From the human T2T-CHM13v2.0 reference genome, Homo sapiens, in NCBI GenBank assembly GCA_009914755.4, contig CP068257.2, positions 14,688,001 to 14,752,000 on the forward strand: DNA of 64,000 nt, written 5' to 3'. The notes under the pieces were generated by a model. The model had not been told where the DNA came from. It was given only the letters and a program-made list of their open reading frames with translations, and searched no databases. Position 1 is the stretch's first letter. The number at the start of each line of letters is the position of its first letter. The position numbers and the translations under genes were made by a program. Positions 42,621 to 56,700 of this stretch are shown in pieces.

Positions 42621-43964
42621 TTGAGCTAAGGCAGTCTACCAGGTGGGTCTTTATAAATCTTGACACTTTTAACCATTTCATCAGACTTTTATTTTTGTAA
42701 GGCAGATGACTGTAAAGAAAATGAAGGTAGGGATTGTATCTGCCTTTTTCTAGTATGTGTCTAACAGAGTAGATACTTAGACATTTCCTAAGTGAACTCA
42801 TGAATGAACAAAGGCAATAGCATTTGACATGGAAAGTTGGGAACAGATATAAAATCCTGGATTTAAAATGTCAGTGAGGGTTGAATATCCTACTGTGGCT
42901 TGAAGACGCCTTACTGCTATGTCACATGCCCATATTCCAGTGCCAAGAGGCTAAGAGACTTCCACCTTTTGAGTTTTGGCAGTGGCAAGAAGGATCCGCT
43001 GGGGAAAATGAGTCGAGAAGAACTTCCTTCAGGAGCTATTGTGGTAGGGCTCTTCATCTGCCTATTACATATCTATAGGGAAAGAGCAACTATTTTGATC
43101 AATCAGGACAATGGTATAAAGTTTTCCTCTGTCTGAAAAAATATGTTAGGCCTTTCTGTGTTCATGAAGAGAGCTTTCCATCTAGCAGATAATATTCACA
43201 GTCAAATATAGTTTAAAATATACCAATTCACAGAGGAGATTCATCTGTCTTTTGTGGCCCTGGTGAGTGCGTCATAATTATATAAGCACACAAAACTTCT
43301 TCTTTGATAATGATTTGCTTCCTGGCCTTTCCCTGGAAGTAGAATTTCATGCAGCCTCTTGGAATTTGTTCTCCTGTTCTCCATTTGTTCAGCCTCACTT
43401 GTAACTGAGAGAGTAAACATCTTCCATAAACCCCAATGTTTATGACTGACTAGTCCTCCCAACTTGCTTGTCAGTTGTATTGATTTTATACTCCAGGCAA
43501 CCAAACCAATCATATCTTAAGGCCTTGCTTTAACAATATAACACCAGATAAAACTGCTTCTGAGGACTTGTGGTTTTTAATCTCTAAGATAGGCATAAGG
43601 CTTGAACGTATAGAATATGTTACTTTCACCTTCTTGCAAGTTTCATCAGCAATGGTACACAGTACACTAGATACATCTAAATTATACCCGTCTTAGGTTG
43701 TATGTTGCTGCTGCTCAATGTTACAATATAATTACATTTCTGTTTTCTTCTTTTTCCAACCACATTTAACTGTTTGGGAGTTAAACTCATTATTCACAGG
43801 CCATTCCAAATGCTTTTGGAAAAACAAAATTCTTCTCCCTAATAACAGTATATATTCATAGTACCAGATTTAACAACCATTCATGGCTGGCATCATCATT
43901 ATTCACCTTTTATACATGAGGCAAGGGGGACTCAGGAAGTTTAGAAGTCTGTACTACATTTTTC

Positions 43965-44125
43965 TGATAATGAATATTTGCTACGGAAAATTATTAGGGG
44001 CCACACACACTGTGTGACCAAATATTACAAAACAAGTAACAAAGTTTATATTCACAATTTATTTTATTTTATTGGAATAACTGTGGAAAACAAAGTAACA
44101 GAAGATTAAAAATAGAACCTAGCAG
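43965..44125 (+). repeat. unclassified interspersed or segmental repeat, copy B
   Basis: B: ataatgaatatttgctacggaaaattattaggggccacacacactgtgtgaccaaatattacaaaacaagtaacaaagtttatattcacaatttattttattttattggaataactgtggaaaacaaagtaacagaag; about 80% identical to copy A by hand alignment (9 mismatches in one 44-nt block, 5 in a 37-nt block). Confidence 0.5.
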
Positions 44126-45029
44126 AGCAAAAACCAGACCCTGTTTCTCGCCTCTAGAGAGCATTCCAGAGTGTCTAAAGAATGTCCCTGTCTTCTCACT
44201 GTCCCTGAACAACCTTTCCCTGATAACTGACCAGCTCGCCCTCATTTTCAAAGAGCTAACTCTGTCAACCAAGGGAAAAAGATCTTTCAGTATAATTTTC
44301 TACACTGACCACCTGTCTCTTTCCATATTTAGACATAATTTGTGCTGCTAAATAAGGTTGCCCCCTAGCCATACAGACTAAACTCTGAATTTCAAGCAGA
44401 TACTTTGTTTATAACTGCCTTAAGTCATTAGTTCTCAGGATGAGAAAACTAGTTATTTTAAGTACCAAAAATTTGGTAGCAGACCAGAGAGAATTTTTCC
44501 TCTTTATTTAACGCCCATGGGCAAAACCTCAGGATGCTGCCATTTGAATGCACTGCCATCGAGTCAGGGCCTTCACCAGAGGCGCTTTTGTGGCTCTCCA
44601 CCAGATGAAGTCAGGCACTCCAACACTCTAACCACGGTCCGCAGATGGTGGCCTGCCACCACCACATCTGAGCTCCCAGGATTTAAAGGACTCAACTATG
44701 TTCCATTCCTGCCCTTTTGTGGGTTTCCTCCTTCACCACCTCTGAGAAAGCCACAGTGTCCAGAAGAAGGAGGCAGTCCAGCATCAACAGTCAGAGCCCT
44801 CTGCAGCCTCTCTCACCATCTCCTCTCCACTCTACCCCTCAGTCTGTAGGTCAAGAATACAGAATGAATGGGAAAAAAAAATCTCCCACTAGACCAAACC
44901 CCGTCTGTGATTTTGGCTTTCTACATGCTGTTAAATTTTTGCAGAAAATGTTCTCTTCTCTTATTCTATTTCCCCTCTTTCTACCCTGTATTAGGACTTG
45001 TTTGAGTGTCTTTCCAAGTGGGGATCCAA

Positions 45030-45215
45030 CATACACACTTCTGTATTTGAGTGTATATTGTACATGTGTACACACACTTACAGACACACATATATACAAA
45101 AACATAAATGTGTGTATATATGTATATGTGCACATATACATACAAATATGTATACAAATGCATGTGTGTGTATATACATACACATATATATAATACACAC
45201 TCAAATATAAAAGTA
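45030..45215. repeat. complex (CA)n/(TA)n/(TG)n microsatellite region
   Basis: acatacacacttctgtatttgagtgtatattgtacatgtgtacacacacttacagacacacatatatacaaaaacataaatgtgtgtatatatgtatatgtgcacatatacatacaaatatgtatacaaatgcatgtgtgtgtatatacatacacatatatataatacacac. Confidence 0.85.
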
Positions 45216-47242
45216 TACAGTCATTGATTTTGTTAGGATAACAGCTATTTTTAGACTCCTATTCTGAAGGCTAACTTGTGGTTAATGTCATTTTTTGTCC
45301 AATGACAGAATTACAACAGCCTGCCCATTTAGTTTAGTGTCATTCCAGAATGTTTATTTTGGGAATCATATTATCCTGACTTCACTCTGGTAATGTGAAA
45401 GTTTAACAATAACTCTGCTACATTAATTGTGTTATTTATTTTTTTAACACGTCAGAGCTAGAACTGGAAGGTTTAAATGGCTAAGAGACAATAAAGAGAG
45501 GATGTGATAACCATTTCTAGGTGCATCCCTATGTTAATCTCCAATTAGAGAGACTGCGTAACATGAACAGGGACCCAGGACATGTACCTACAAAAAATAA
45601 GGTACATTAGTTAGAGTTAAAGTCTGGGTTTTCTACCTATTAGGAAGAGGTAAGGAAATAAAAGGCCCTTAATATATTTATTCTACATAATTCAGATGTA
45701 GTCTAAAATAGTTGCAATTAGTGTGAGAACAAAGAATATTATCCTTAAAAATTCTGAAGGAGAGACAGAATAAATGCATAGGTCTATTCTAAGCACAAAA
45801 TTGGAAAAATTTGAATACTGTACTGTGATTAGGCTTGATAAATGCTAAGATGATTAAAATACAGTTCTCACCCTGAGAGAGTGCACGTGCTGGTTTGGGG
45901 GAAAAAAGTAATGAGTAAATAATTACAATCCAGCCATATGACCCAAATTCTTGAAAATATTGAACAAGAGCCATTAACTCTCTCGGGAAGGTTATAGGAT
46001 ATTTTCCAGAAAGGAGTTATATTTAACCTTCCTGAAAGTATGTGTGTCAACAGAGGAAGAGCAAGGGCAGCTCCCTGCAGAAGACATTCCTTCCTCTATA
46101 GACTACAGAATTAGAAGTGTCTCCTGAAAAGACACTTTCCTTATGCGTGCCACTCAGAGGAGCCATTTTGCTCCAGCCTTCAACTCCTCATTGCTAGTAA
46201 TTTCAAATACTTTTCCTGGAATTTTGTGGTTCTCTCAGTGATTACTTTCATATTGTTTTCTCTTTTCTGTCCCATTTCTGCTTTGTTTAGCAAGTACCAG
46301 TACCAGTAATAGCTTACTTTATAGCAATTTATTTTCACAAAAACCCGTCAGAGACTTTAATAGCTATGTATATGTCCTCTATCTTTGTATTCATGGCTTC
46401 TAGTCATTTTCAAGATAATTGCATTGATCCAGTTATTGAGCTGTGTGCATTCAGGAGAACATGTACTTTAACCCCAACCTAATTAATAAAAGCTGCTTTT
46501 GGTGATACTGTGTGATGGAGACCATAGAGACATGGTTTTGTTGTAGTATTGTTGAATCAGAAGTTCTCGTGAACATGTATAATACCTCTCCGGGGATAAC
46601 GTTGGTTCCACCAGCATCTGTAAGAGGAATGTTCTACTTTGTCTGAACATTCTGCACCCCAGCACAGAAAGTGTCATGGAGATGAGGTTTTGTACAAATA
46701 ACTGAAAAAAATTAGTTGAGACGAAAACACGATAGACTAAGTTATTTATACTTTTCTAAATACTTAATCTAAGCATACATAAAAAATTTTAACTAAGATT
46801 TATTTAAAGCTATTTAGTCACTTTTTAGTCTTAATGTTTGCTACTAATCCCTTCATTTATGATATTTATAAAACATTTAGCCAGGAGCTACTAGGAGACA
46901 AAGCAAAACAAGCATTATTTCCCTTTTCTATGTTTCAGGTTGGTGCAAAAGTAATTGCGGTTTGTTTCACTGATTTGTTTCTGTGTCCCCAGTGGGTCCT
47001 CTTGCTATGCCCAATGTCCTTGGTGATATCCAGCTCAACAAGGGGCAGGCACATGTACATGTTTTACATGTAAGAAAATAATACAGAACCCAGATGATAC
47101 CTAGTGAATTATACTAAGTGTATTGTACAAAGTAATGAGATGAGAACTTTGATGAATTAAAAATACTGTTTTAAACAAAGATTTCAAGTTAAAACTTATA
47201 TTTTATTCTCTCACTATTAAACAGTCCTGCTTTTGGAGAGGT

Positions 47243-47246
<4 letters not shown>

Positions 47247-47274
<28 letters not shown>

Positions 47275-47364
47275 GAGACGGAGTCTCGCTCTGTCACCCA
47301 GGCTGGAGTGCAGTGGCACGATCTCAGCTCACTGCAAGCTCCACCTCCCGGGTTCACAGCATTC
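47247..47364 (-). mobile_element. 5'-truncated Alu (last ~90 bp of the right arm plus 28-nt poly-A; read on + as poly-T plus antisense Alu) with perfect 14 bp TSD
   Basis: poly-T(28) then gagacggagtctcgctctgtcacccaggctggagtgcagtggcacgatctcagctcactgcaagctccacctcccgggttcacagcattc; TSD ttggagaggtgact at 47233-47246 and 47365-47378. Confidence 0.88.
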
Positions 47365-50300
47365 TTGGAGAGGTGACTATTGATTGATTGTTTAAGTATT
47401 TCAATTCCCTTCTAGTTTCTAAGCTGAAATCTGCATCAGTTCAGGGGACGTGGCCATCCTTTGTGGTGAGGCTTTTCTACTTCACAATAGTGCTCATTAA
47501 TATATTAAGGACTCTTCTCTTTAAAAAGAACAATTATGACAAGATGGGGCATTTAAAGTAGAGTGCACTGTGGTGCTTTGTGCCTCATCGCTGTCATGTT
47601 TTCAACAAGAGATATTAAAAGAAGTAAATGCCGGGTGGTCTCATGAGGATATGGCGATTTAAGCCTTTGAACCTTGGGCATCCAGTATGACAAAATGGCT
47701 GGTTGCTTTGATGTTGCAACATGAGAAAATCTGTTCTTTTATTGTTTGCAAATGCTAGAATTCTTTCACATTGAAATGATCACTTTGCATATATACCACA
47801 AGTTAAAATTTAATATGTTTTGAGAAAGATACCTCTGAACAATATGGACATGGCAAAAATTTGAAAGGTTCTTTTTGTATTTTTCCCCCTAAATCATGAC
47901 CTTGGATACACTGAATTTAAATTGTTTGGTTGTAGGAAAGTTATTAATAGTACACATTAATAGTAATGTATACTCATACTTTGCTCATAAAGTACCTTTT
48001 AAGGTAAATTTATAAGATATATTTACCAAATGTATTTGTTTTTAGGAGTAATGTCTCACCAAAGGTTGTAATTTCAGTTATTGAAAATATATTTATATGG
48101 GATATAGATGGTATTTGTACTGATGTTTGTTAAGAATAAACTCTATAAAATGGTTCTTAAATGATTATAAGTATACATTGTAAATTGGTAACTGGTGACA
48201 GCGTGAAGTAAAAACAAATTGTAGATAATTTTTGAAGGTTAGTCTATGTGAATAAGTACATAGCTGCTAGAAGTTTATACAAATAATGTAAATGCAGTTT
48301 TTTAAGTAAAGAACTCCTTTTCTATTAGAAAAGAAGACACGTCAAGTGACAGATAATTTGTTTCTTAAAAAACTGTTTCCTCCTAAACAAAAGATGGGTA
48401 AAACATACAGCAAAGAGAACTATCTCACCTGTGTTCCAACCAATATTTGGTACATAGCTAAAAGCTGATTTAATTGAATTTTAAAATGTGAGATTATGAG
48501 TGCCACCATTCTGATTGGGAGAAAAGCAGGAACTTGTGTTACCAAAACAAGTTTCTCTGAAATGTATTTTACCTGGATTTAGAACAGATGTTTATAGGAC
48601 ATGTCGATTTCTTATTCTCTCTGGAATATGAATGTATGATCTAAAAATTGACATCATCCCTTTTAACTTAATCCCCTCCCGAAGGTACCCTTGCTCCTGT
48701 TTATGGCAGAGGTAGTTTCCAAGTGATTGTCTATCCTGAAAGATTTCTATGAAATTATTCTGGATTTTGTTTCATCTACTTGCATGTAGTATGTTTCTCA
48801 GAAAGGCTTTTTAGGTACACTAACATTTTTGTTGTTTGACTTTGATTTTTTATGCTGAAAGTTGGCTGAAATATCATCTACTAAACATATATAATCAATT
48901 AAAAGACATACCATGTTCCCAGATTGAAAGATGGTACATTAATCTATTACTCAATGCAATCTCACTAATTATCCAAATGTGATGTTTTAATGAAACTTAA
49001 TAAACTGCTAGTAAAATTTTTAAAAATATATGTATATAATTAAATTTGTGTTAAATGAAATTATATGAGTAGATATGACATTTTTAAAAGTGGCTCAAAA
49101 CTTAATATAGCTCCATTCATTCTACTCTTAGCCTTTAAAGTTGCATTCCTTAATTAAAAAGAGAGCATTTTAAACATGCCAATAAAAATATTGACCATCT
49201 TAAAATCTTTAAATGCCTAACTACTCGGCATTTATTGCTGAATAACTAACATTCAAGATGGTTTACATATTTTAAATAGTCACAACTCTTTTCAAATCGG
49301 TCATGACTTAAATGCAGCTTTCATATCAGTTTCTGTTTTATGTTTTGGTAAGCAATTTTTGCTATTGATAAATATCCTTACCATTTTAGTCTGATTTCTC
49401 TCTTTGACTGTCAGACTCCGGTGGCCCTGAACAATGTTTAGATTATTCTCCAAAACTTTTGGCTAAGGAGATAATTTTGGAAGTAAGCTTAATTCCTTCA
49501 CGTTTTGAATTTAATTAGCAGAGAACTGTTTTTGAGTGAAAGGCAGGTGTTTTATGATTTTCATGGTGCTATTCCAAATATAAGTATATTAAATATCATT
49601 ATTTCAAGAAATTGTATCTCATTGCTATTTGAGGACTTCACAAATTCTCTTTCAGGAAAAAGTAGCATGTCCCTGGTAATGGTTTTATATCATCCGTTGG
49701 AAACTGCATCATATGTTTTGTATTTTAAATCCACTGCAAGAATCGTCGCTCCTGGTAAAAAATCAGAGTGCTCTCAGGATTCTAATATAATCACATGTTT
49801 AAACTGTGCTGCAGACTTCCCAAGTGTGACTCATTGGCCTTTTGGAAGTCCAAGCCTAAGCATGGAAGCTACTCAACATACGATGAGGAAAAAAATTATG
49901 AACGAACAAATTCTATGATCATACAGATATTTAGCTAAAGTACATTATAAACTTACATATAACAAAAATTTAAGAATAACCCAAATGTTTGACAATAAAG
50001 TTTCTTTAAGTAAATTTCATATTGTGCAAGTATTAATGATGTCGAATATCATTTTCCTAATTTTGATATTCGATATATAAAAAAATTAAATGTCTTTGAA
50101 AATTGCTTCCAAGATAGTGCTTTTGGTTCCATAGTTGTGTGTCCTTTGTTTGTAAAATGTGACTTCTCCTTCAACTTTTAAATTAGAACTTCTCATGATA
50201 TCCTAAATGACATATTATTGTAGAGTAAGTGCTGGAAGTGCTCATGTCTTTTGCTTGTTTCCTTAGTGTCATTCTGTAGAGCTCATTGACTTGAAGGTGA

Positions 50301-50882
50301 CAGAGACTTACTTCTATAGATACTATATGTAATACCATATGTCAATATCTATAGATTCTATATTTGATACCATACATGAGTCAATCAATCAGTCAACACA
50401 TATGTAATCAAAGTTGGCAGTGCATTTACTCCTGAGTTAGATGCTGTAGGGCCACTGTTGTGTGTGATCTTGCCTTCCAGAAACTTACAACCAAGTTGAA
50501 AAGACAAGAGCCATAAAATAAAATAATAGCAAATTAATATAAAACCTGGATAAAGAATGTAATAACTAGATGACCAATTTGAGAGTGCTTATTGGGACTT
50601 ATGAAGAAAAAGAAATTGAAAAAAGGTGAGCCTGTGTTTAAAATTTAGAGGGGTATAGATATAACACAGACTGTTAATGTTTTCTTTCAATATCCATTTT
50701 GTTTTACTATTCTTTTTTAAGGTGTTTTATTTTAGTTGTTTTTACACGTTACATGAACATTCATTCATCGTAATGCATATTTTATCACATTTTATTGATT
50801 GTCCAATATTCATTTTATTGTTTATCCATTTTATTGATTGTCCAGTGCTGACATCTCCCTATGTCAGCATTTAATAATTTAA

Positions 50883-50960
50883 TAATTTCTGTTGAACTTT
50901 TAAAGGGCTTTGGGTATGTAATTTCTGTTGAACTTTTTAAAGGGCTTTGGGTATGTAATT
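50883..50960. repeat. tandem duplication, ~36 bp x2 (taatttctgttgaacttt(t)taaagggctttgggtatg)
   Basis: direct reading; a nearby imperfect repeat ttttattgattgtcca occurs at ~50790 and ~50830. Confidence 0.85.
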
Positions 50961-51230
50961 ATTTAACAAAGTGCACCAACTAGCAGAATTATCTGTATAC
51001 ATAGAAGTGATTTTTTTTATAATGATGATGATTTAGTCATTCAATGATTATTTATTGAGTACCTGTTATGAGCCATGGACTGTCTTAGGTGCTGGTGATA
51101 TAGAACTAAAAGAAAAAGACAAAACTCCTTATCTTTGTGGAGCCTACATTTTAATTATGTAAGTAGGTAATAAATAATATAAGTAGCTAAAGTATACAGT
51201 GTGTTGATAATGATTAATAATAAAGAGATG

Positions 51231-51440
51231 CTGGGTACAGTGGCTCATGCCTGTAATCCCAGCGGTTTGGGAGGCTGAGGTGGATGGATCGCTTAGGCCA
51301 AGGGATTCAAGACCTGGGCAACATGGTGAAACCCTGTCTGTACCAACAAAAAAGTACGAAAATTATCCAGGCACACACCTCTAGTCCCAGCTACTTGGGT
51401 GGCTGAAGTGGGAGGACCCATTTGAGCCCAGGAGGTTAAT
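51231..51440 (+). mobile_element. Alu (AluJ-like, diverged), sense, 3'-truncated with no poly-A
   Basis: gctgggtacagtggctcatgcctgtaatcccagcggtttgggaggctgaggtggatggatcgcttaggccaagggattcaagacctgggcaacatggtgaaaccctgtctgtaccaacaaaaaagtacgaaaattatccaggcacacacctctagtcccagctacttgggtggctgaagtgggaggacccatttgagcccaggaggtt then unrelated sequence. Confidence 0.8.
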
Positions 51441-53232
51441 AACAATTGTAGGTAGGGTAGTTGGTGGTAGTTGGTGAGAACTTCCCTGAAGAGATAATTC
51501 TTGAGTAACAACTTGGAAGACATGAGGCTAATATCATCTATATCTGGGGGAAGAACCTTCCAGGCGGGGAAACTGAAGGCTGTTTTCTTCACTGCAGGTG
51601 GCTGCCACATAAGGCTAGTACTTCCCTTTCAAGGTAGGGAGTATCGAGGAAGAGGCAAACACTTATTGCTCAGAGAAGAAAAAAGGACTAATTTTGCTTT
51701 AGCAAACCTGTTATTTTTGTACTCTAAATAATATTATATCTAACCATTCCAATATTTTGAAATCAAGTATTATATAATTCTGATCATTAATCTTTACTAA
51801 AAACTTTGTATACATACTCTGACAAACAATCTTTCTTCCTCATGAGTTTGCTGAGTATTGTGGAGAGTGAAGATTAACAAAAATCGTGAGAAAAAATAAT
51901 GTAATAGCAACTTAGAGATAGTTGGAGTGAAGTTAGGTACATTCTTATTAGGAGTAAGAACAATCAAATCCAGCACTTGCCTCAAGACTCACATCTTTCT
52001 AAAACATGTCACTTCTGGACAAGAGGTGACTACCCCAATTAAGTAATTTATTTGTGTGGGAGGATCTAACTCCAGAACTCTGTAAGAAAAAGAGGTGCTT
52101 TTGGATGCTGATAAATCCCCCAAATAAAAAGTTATATTAAAACATACATCTTGATTTCCTTTGAAGAGTGTATGGTGTCTGTCCCATGACTGGCAATTCT
52201 GATCATCCACTTGAGAAGGGATAATCTCACTGTTTGTCAGTTGAGATGGCTGTAAACTGAAAATTATTATGTAAGCAGCCTGACGAAAGTACCAAGAAAA
52301 CTTTAATTAACACTTGCATGATTAAGAAATGTAATAAATATGATGGTAGATATGATAAATAGCTTTAATCTCAATCCCTATTACAATCACAAAATTTAAC
52401 TTCTCAGAGAAACAATCTGATGACTATGTACTGACATTTTGAAATTAAGTTTGAAATGTTAATGTTTTTGGTTGAGTATCACTCTTTCTGCTGCCCCAGA
52501 TTCTAGTGTTAGACATTTATATGCTTTTCACTTCTCAAGCCAGAGAACCATAACATGATTGGCATAGATATCTATTCTGTTTTTTAGCTTCTAATATCTG
52601 AAAGTCTGAACCAATTCCAAAGTGTTGACATTATACAGTCATTTTTCATGGATGTACATGTTATGGCTGGCATGTAGTAGGACCGAGAAAACTGTGAAAT
52701 ATATAAATATCTTCAAACTACTGTTCTATTTCTTATACTTTTTGAAACTGATCTAGTGATTTGCTTTTGATTTCCTATTGCAGTGTTTGATTGTCATCTA
52801 ACTGATTATTTTAAGTGATTTAATTATATTATAAGATGAATAAAATTCAGGCTTCCAGTTAACTAACTAGCTTTTGTTCCCTGAAGAAATTGGCAGAAAA
52901 GGACATATCTATTTATGATTTTTTTTCCTCACCAATTTCTACTTTAAGAGACATGTTCTCAAGTAGAGAAGATTTTCCCACAGACGGCATTAATTGGAAA
53001 CGTTGTAATGACAATAACAAGTATGCAGAAATCTAGTTGTTTAGAAGAAATTTTCTCTTTCTTCATGAATATTTGGACAAGCTATTCCGTCAAATGTCTG
53101 ATATATTTAAAATGAGGCCAAGCAGACATGCATTTGGTTCACAGTTTTCCAAAGTGTGTGTTCTAGAACACTTTTATCACTAGATTTCTGCTGGGTTTGT
53201 GTGACAGTGCATCTTATCTCCCTCTTCATTAA

Positions 53233-53586
<354 letters not shown>

Positions 53587-53667
53587 TTTCAAGGTTTTAA
53601 TATCTTCTACAGCAAAGAAATCTGATTAACCTTGCTTAACCCAATGTTTACCAAATGTATTTACTGA

Positions 53668-53730
53668 CAGACCAATTACATATTTACATCAGACCAATTA
53701 CATTTACATCAGACCAATTAACATATTCTG
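53668..53730. repeat. short tandem repeat, ~20-22 bp unit x3 (cagaccaattacat(a)tttacat)
   Basis: cagaccaattacatatttacat cagaccaattacatttacat cagaccaattaacatattc. Confidence 0.8.
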
Positions 53731-56700
53731 AGACTAGCATTTCGGGAAGCAAATGCTGCTAAAACACCTTAGCAATTTCTGTGAGAATGAAATCCATATC
53801 CAGTTAACAGCGTTTTTCAGTGTTGTATAACCTTGTGGACAACTTGATACTGGTTTAGGTTCTTGAATTATTGACCTTTTAAGACGTCTGCAGGTGAATA
53901 ATAATTGGCCACATACACAGCAATGCACTTAGAGCATTATTTTAAGTTCCGCACTTGGAAATTTGCCAGCACTACTTTGGAAATGGCAACTAAAGCAAGC
54001 ATTTCATATATTGGATTCTATGGAACTTTGCTGAATTTGGAGACAGAAATGCATTAAGCAGCATTCAATATAACTGGTCTTAAATGTGGGAGGGCTTAGT
54101 GTTTATTTGCAACACATAATTTTTTGGGAGCCTTAAGGCTCTTTAGACTCCAAAGTGTTTTCCTCACATCCTATCACTCAGTGAAATTCCAGCTTTGGAG
54201 CTCCTCCATCTCTCATTGGAATTAGATAATCAAAACAACCCTGTCATTTTCTATCCTATGCCTCTGCTTAGCCTTTTTCTCTTCCTAAAATGTCCTTCTC
54301 CTTTATGCCTCAATCAGTGCCCTTCATAATTCTGTGCTACCTTCAAATGACCCTTCCTCCCTCACACCTTTCCTCATTCTCACCATGGTGACAGCTGTTT
54401 GTCCAGGCTGTGCTGAGGTAATCGAAATGTTTCCTCTTTTCTCTGTGTCTAAACGGGACTTTGCTTGCCTCTTTGTCATAACAGATTCTATGAAATACTG
54501 TTACTGGGAAACACGTATAATATTCCACCAACGTTTTCATAATCACAGACGACGTTTTGCTTATGATAACTAGTGTCTTTCACGGAGTAGAAATGCAAAA
54601 TCATACGGCATGGCAACTTAAAAATTGGCCTTGACCATTTCTTTTACACTAGGGGAGTCACATGAAAATGCAGGTTGAAAATCACATTTTGAGTTTTTTT
54701 TTTTTTTAATTTATTTACTAAGATATACTCTGGCTACTTCACATGTAAACAAAGAATTTATTTCTTGAGGATCCTGGCATTATTGGTACATTTTCTTGTT
54801 GTCACTTGGTTTTGGCCATTTTTCAACTGGTCAAAATTAAAAAAAAAAAAAATTTCAAAGCAATATGACACCTACAATTACATTGTTAATTTTGGCTCTC
54901 CTTATTCTTTCCAGATAATTGTTCTTCATCCATTTTATTCCTAAGTTAGAATTCTTTAAAATAAACTTTTAAATAATTTCAGACTTATGAAAAAGTTTCA
55001 AAAGTAGTACAGAAATTTCCTTACAGTTTTTAAGCAGCTTCCTTAAAGGTTAACATCTTACATAATCAGGGAACAGATATTGAAAACAAAAGATTAACAT
55101 TGAAACCATCCTATTAACTCATCTGTAGACCTACTTAAGTTTCCTTAGTTGTCTCCCTGAGGACTTATTTCCTCAGTCTAGGATCCAATCCCTGATCCAA
55201 CATTGCAGGTAGCTGTCAGGCACTTTGCCTCCAATCTGATATTTCTTCAATCTTTCTTTGTGCGTCGAGAATTTGATATTTATCAAGAGCGTTATCCAGT
55301 TATTTTGTAGAACATCAATTTCAGGTTGTCTGCTATGTAAGTAGCCATTATATCCTTTGAAAAATAGTCTTAGGCATATTTCTGAAGATTACTTGTGTGG
55401 AAAGCATTTGTTTCCCAAATGCTTTGTTGACTTGCATCATTACTTTCCATGTGAAAAAATGCATGTTTTAGCGTCTAAAAAAAAAAAAGGGCAGAAATAT
55501 CTTATTTTCCCCTTTCCTGATGATTTGTCCTATAATAGTCTTTGGAAAGATTTATAATGAGATTGAGTTTCAGAGCTTTGTAAGCCTCTGTTCACGAGTA
55601 TACATCCTTTATCAAAAAATATTTTTAAAATGTGAAGTTATTTATATTAGCATTCTCCAGAGAAACAAAATCAATAAGGTATATATGTAGATAGATATAT
55701 GAGAGGTAATTTGTTAGGGGAATTGGCTCATGTGATTATGGAGGCTGAGAAGTCCCATCACAGGCCACCTGCAAGCTGGAGATCCTGGGATGCCTGTAGC
55801 GTGACTCAGTGCAAGTCTTCAATACTCAGAATCAGCGAAGTCGAGGGTGGAACTCTCAGTCTGAGGCTGAAGTCCTGAAAACCTGAGGAGCCTCTGATGC
55901 AAATACCAGGGTCCAAATGCTGGAGAGCCTGGAATTTTTGGTGTCGGAGTGTTATAGGAAAGGGGTCCTGATCCACACCCCAAAAGAGGGTTCTTGGATC
56001 TTGTGCAAGAAAAAATTCAGGGTGAGTCCACAGTGCAAAGCTTTCAAGTTTATTAATAGTAAAGTGGTGAAAGTACAGCTACTCCATAGATAGAGTAGGG
56101 TGTTCCTGAAAGTAAGAGGAGAAATGCATCCACACTAGATACAATACTTGTTTATGTATAGTATAAAAAAAAATCATGGGGACCTGTGCTCTGCTACTAG
56201 GGTTTGTGATAAAGGATTAATTTTCTTAATTAGTATATTTTGCAAGAATCAGTATTATGATCTTTAAAGCAAAATTAGGAATGCTTCTTTTCTCAAGATA
56301 ACAGGATATCAGGACACTCCTAAGTCTGGGTCTGTTTAGTAAACATTATCAATCTGTTCCCTTGCCCGTAAACATCTAGAGGCTAGGAATACCTAACTTC
56401 CTGGGAATGCAGCCCAACAAGTCCCAGCCTCATTTCCCTAGCCCTCACTCATGATGGAGTCACTCTGGTTTGAAAGCCTCTGACACCAGGGCAGGAGAAG
56501 AGGGGTGTCCTATCTCCAGGAGAGAGAGGGAATGAGAATTTACCTTTCCTCTGCCTTTTCCACCTATATTGAGGGTGGATCTTCTCCACCCACTCCACCG
56601 ACTCACACAGTAATCTTCTCTGGAAACATCCTACTAGACACACCCAGAACTAATGCTTTACTAGCTCTCCAGGTAGTCTTTAATCCAATAAAGTTGACAC

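Noticed and set aside
44717-45210. 158-aa (+) and 117-aa (-) ORFs
   Set aside because: Both run through the (CA)/(TA)/(TG) microsatellite at 45030-45215, giving low-complexity CVYTYTYI...-type peptides. Repeat-driven
49505-49918. 137-aa ORF in unique AT-rich sequence
   Set aside because: No recognisable domain or motif, no flanking splice-site or polypyrimidine context that I could tie to an exon, and surroundings are AT-rich with frequent stops in other frames. Most parsimoniously a chance ORF; only a BLASTP or RNA-seq hit would change this
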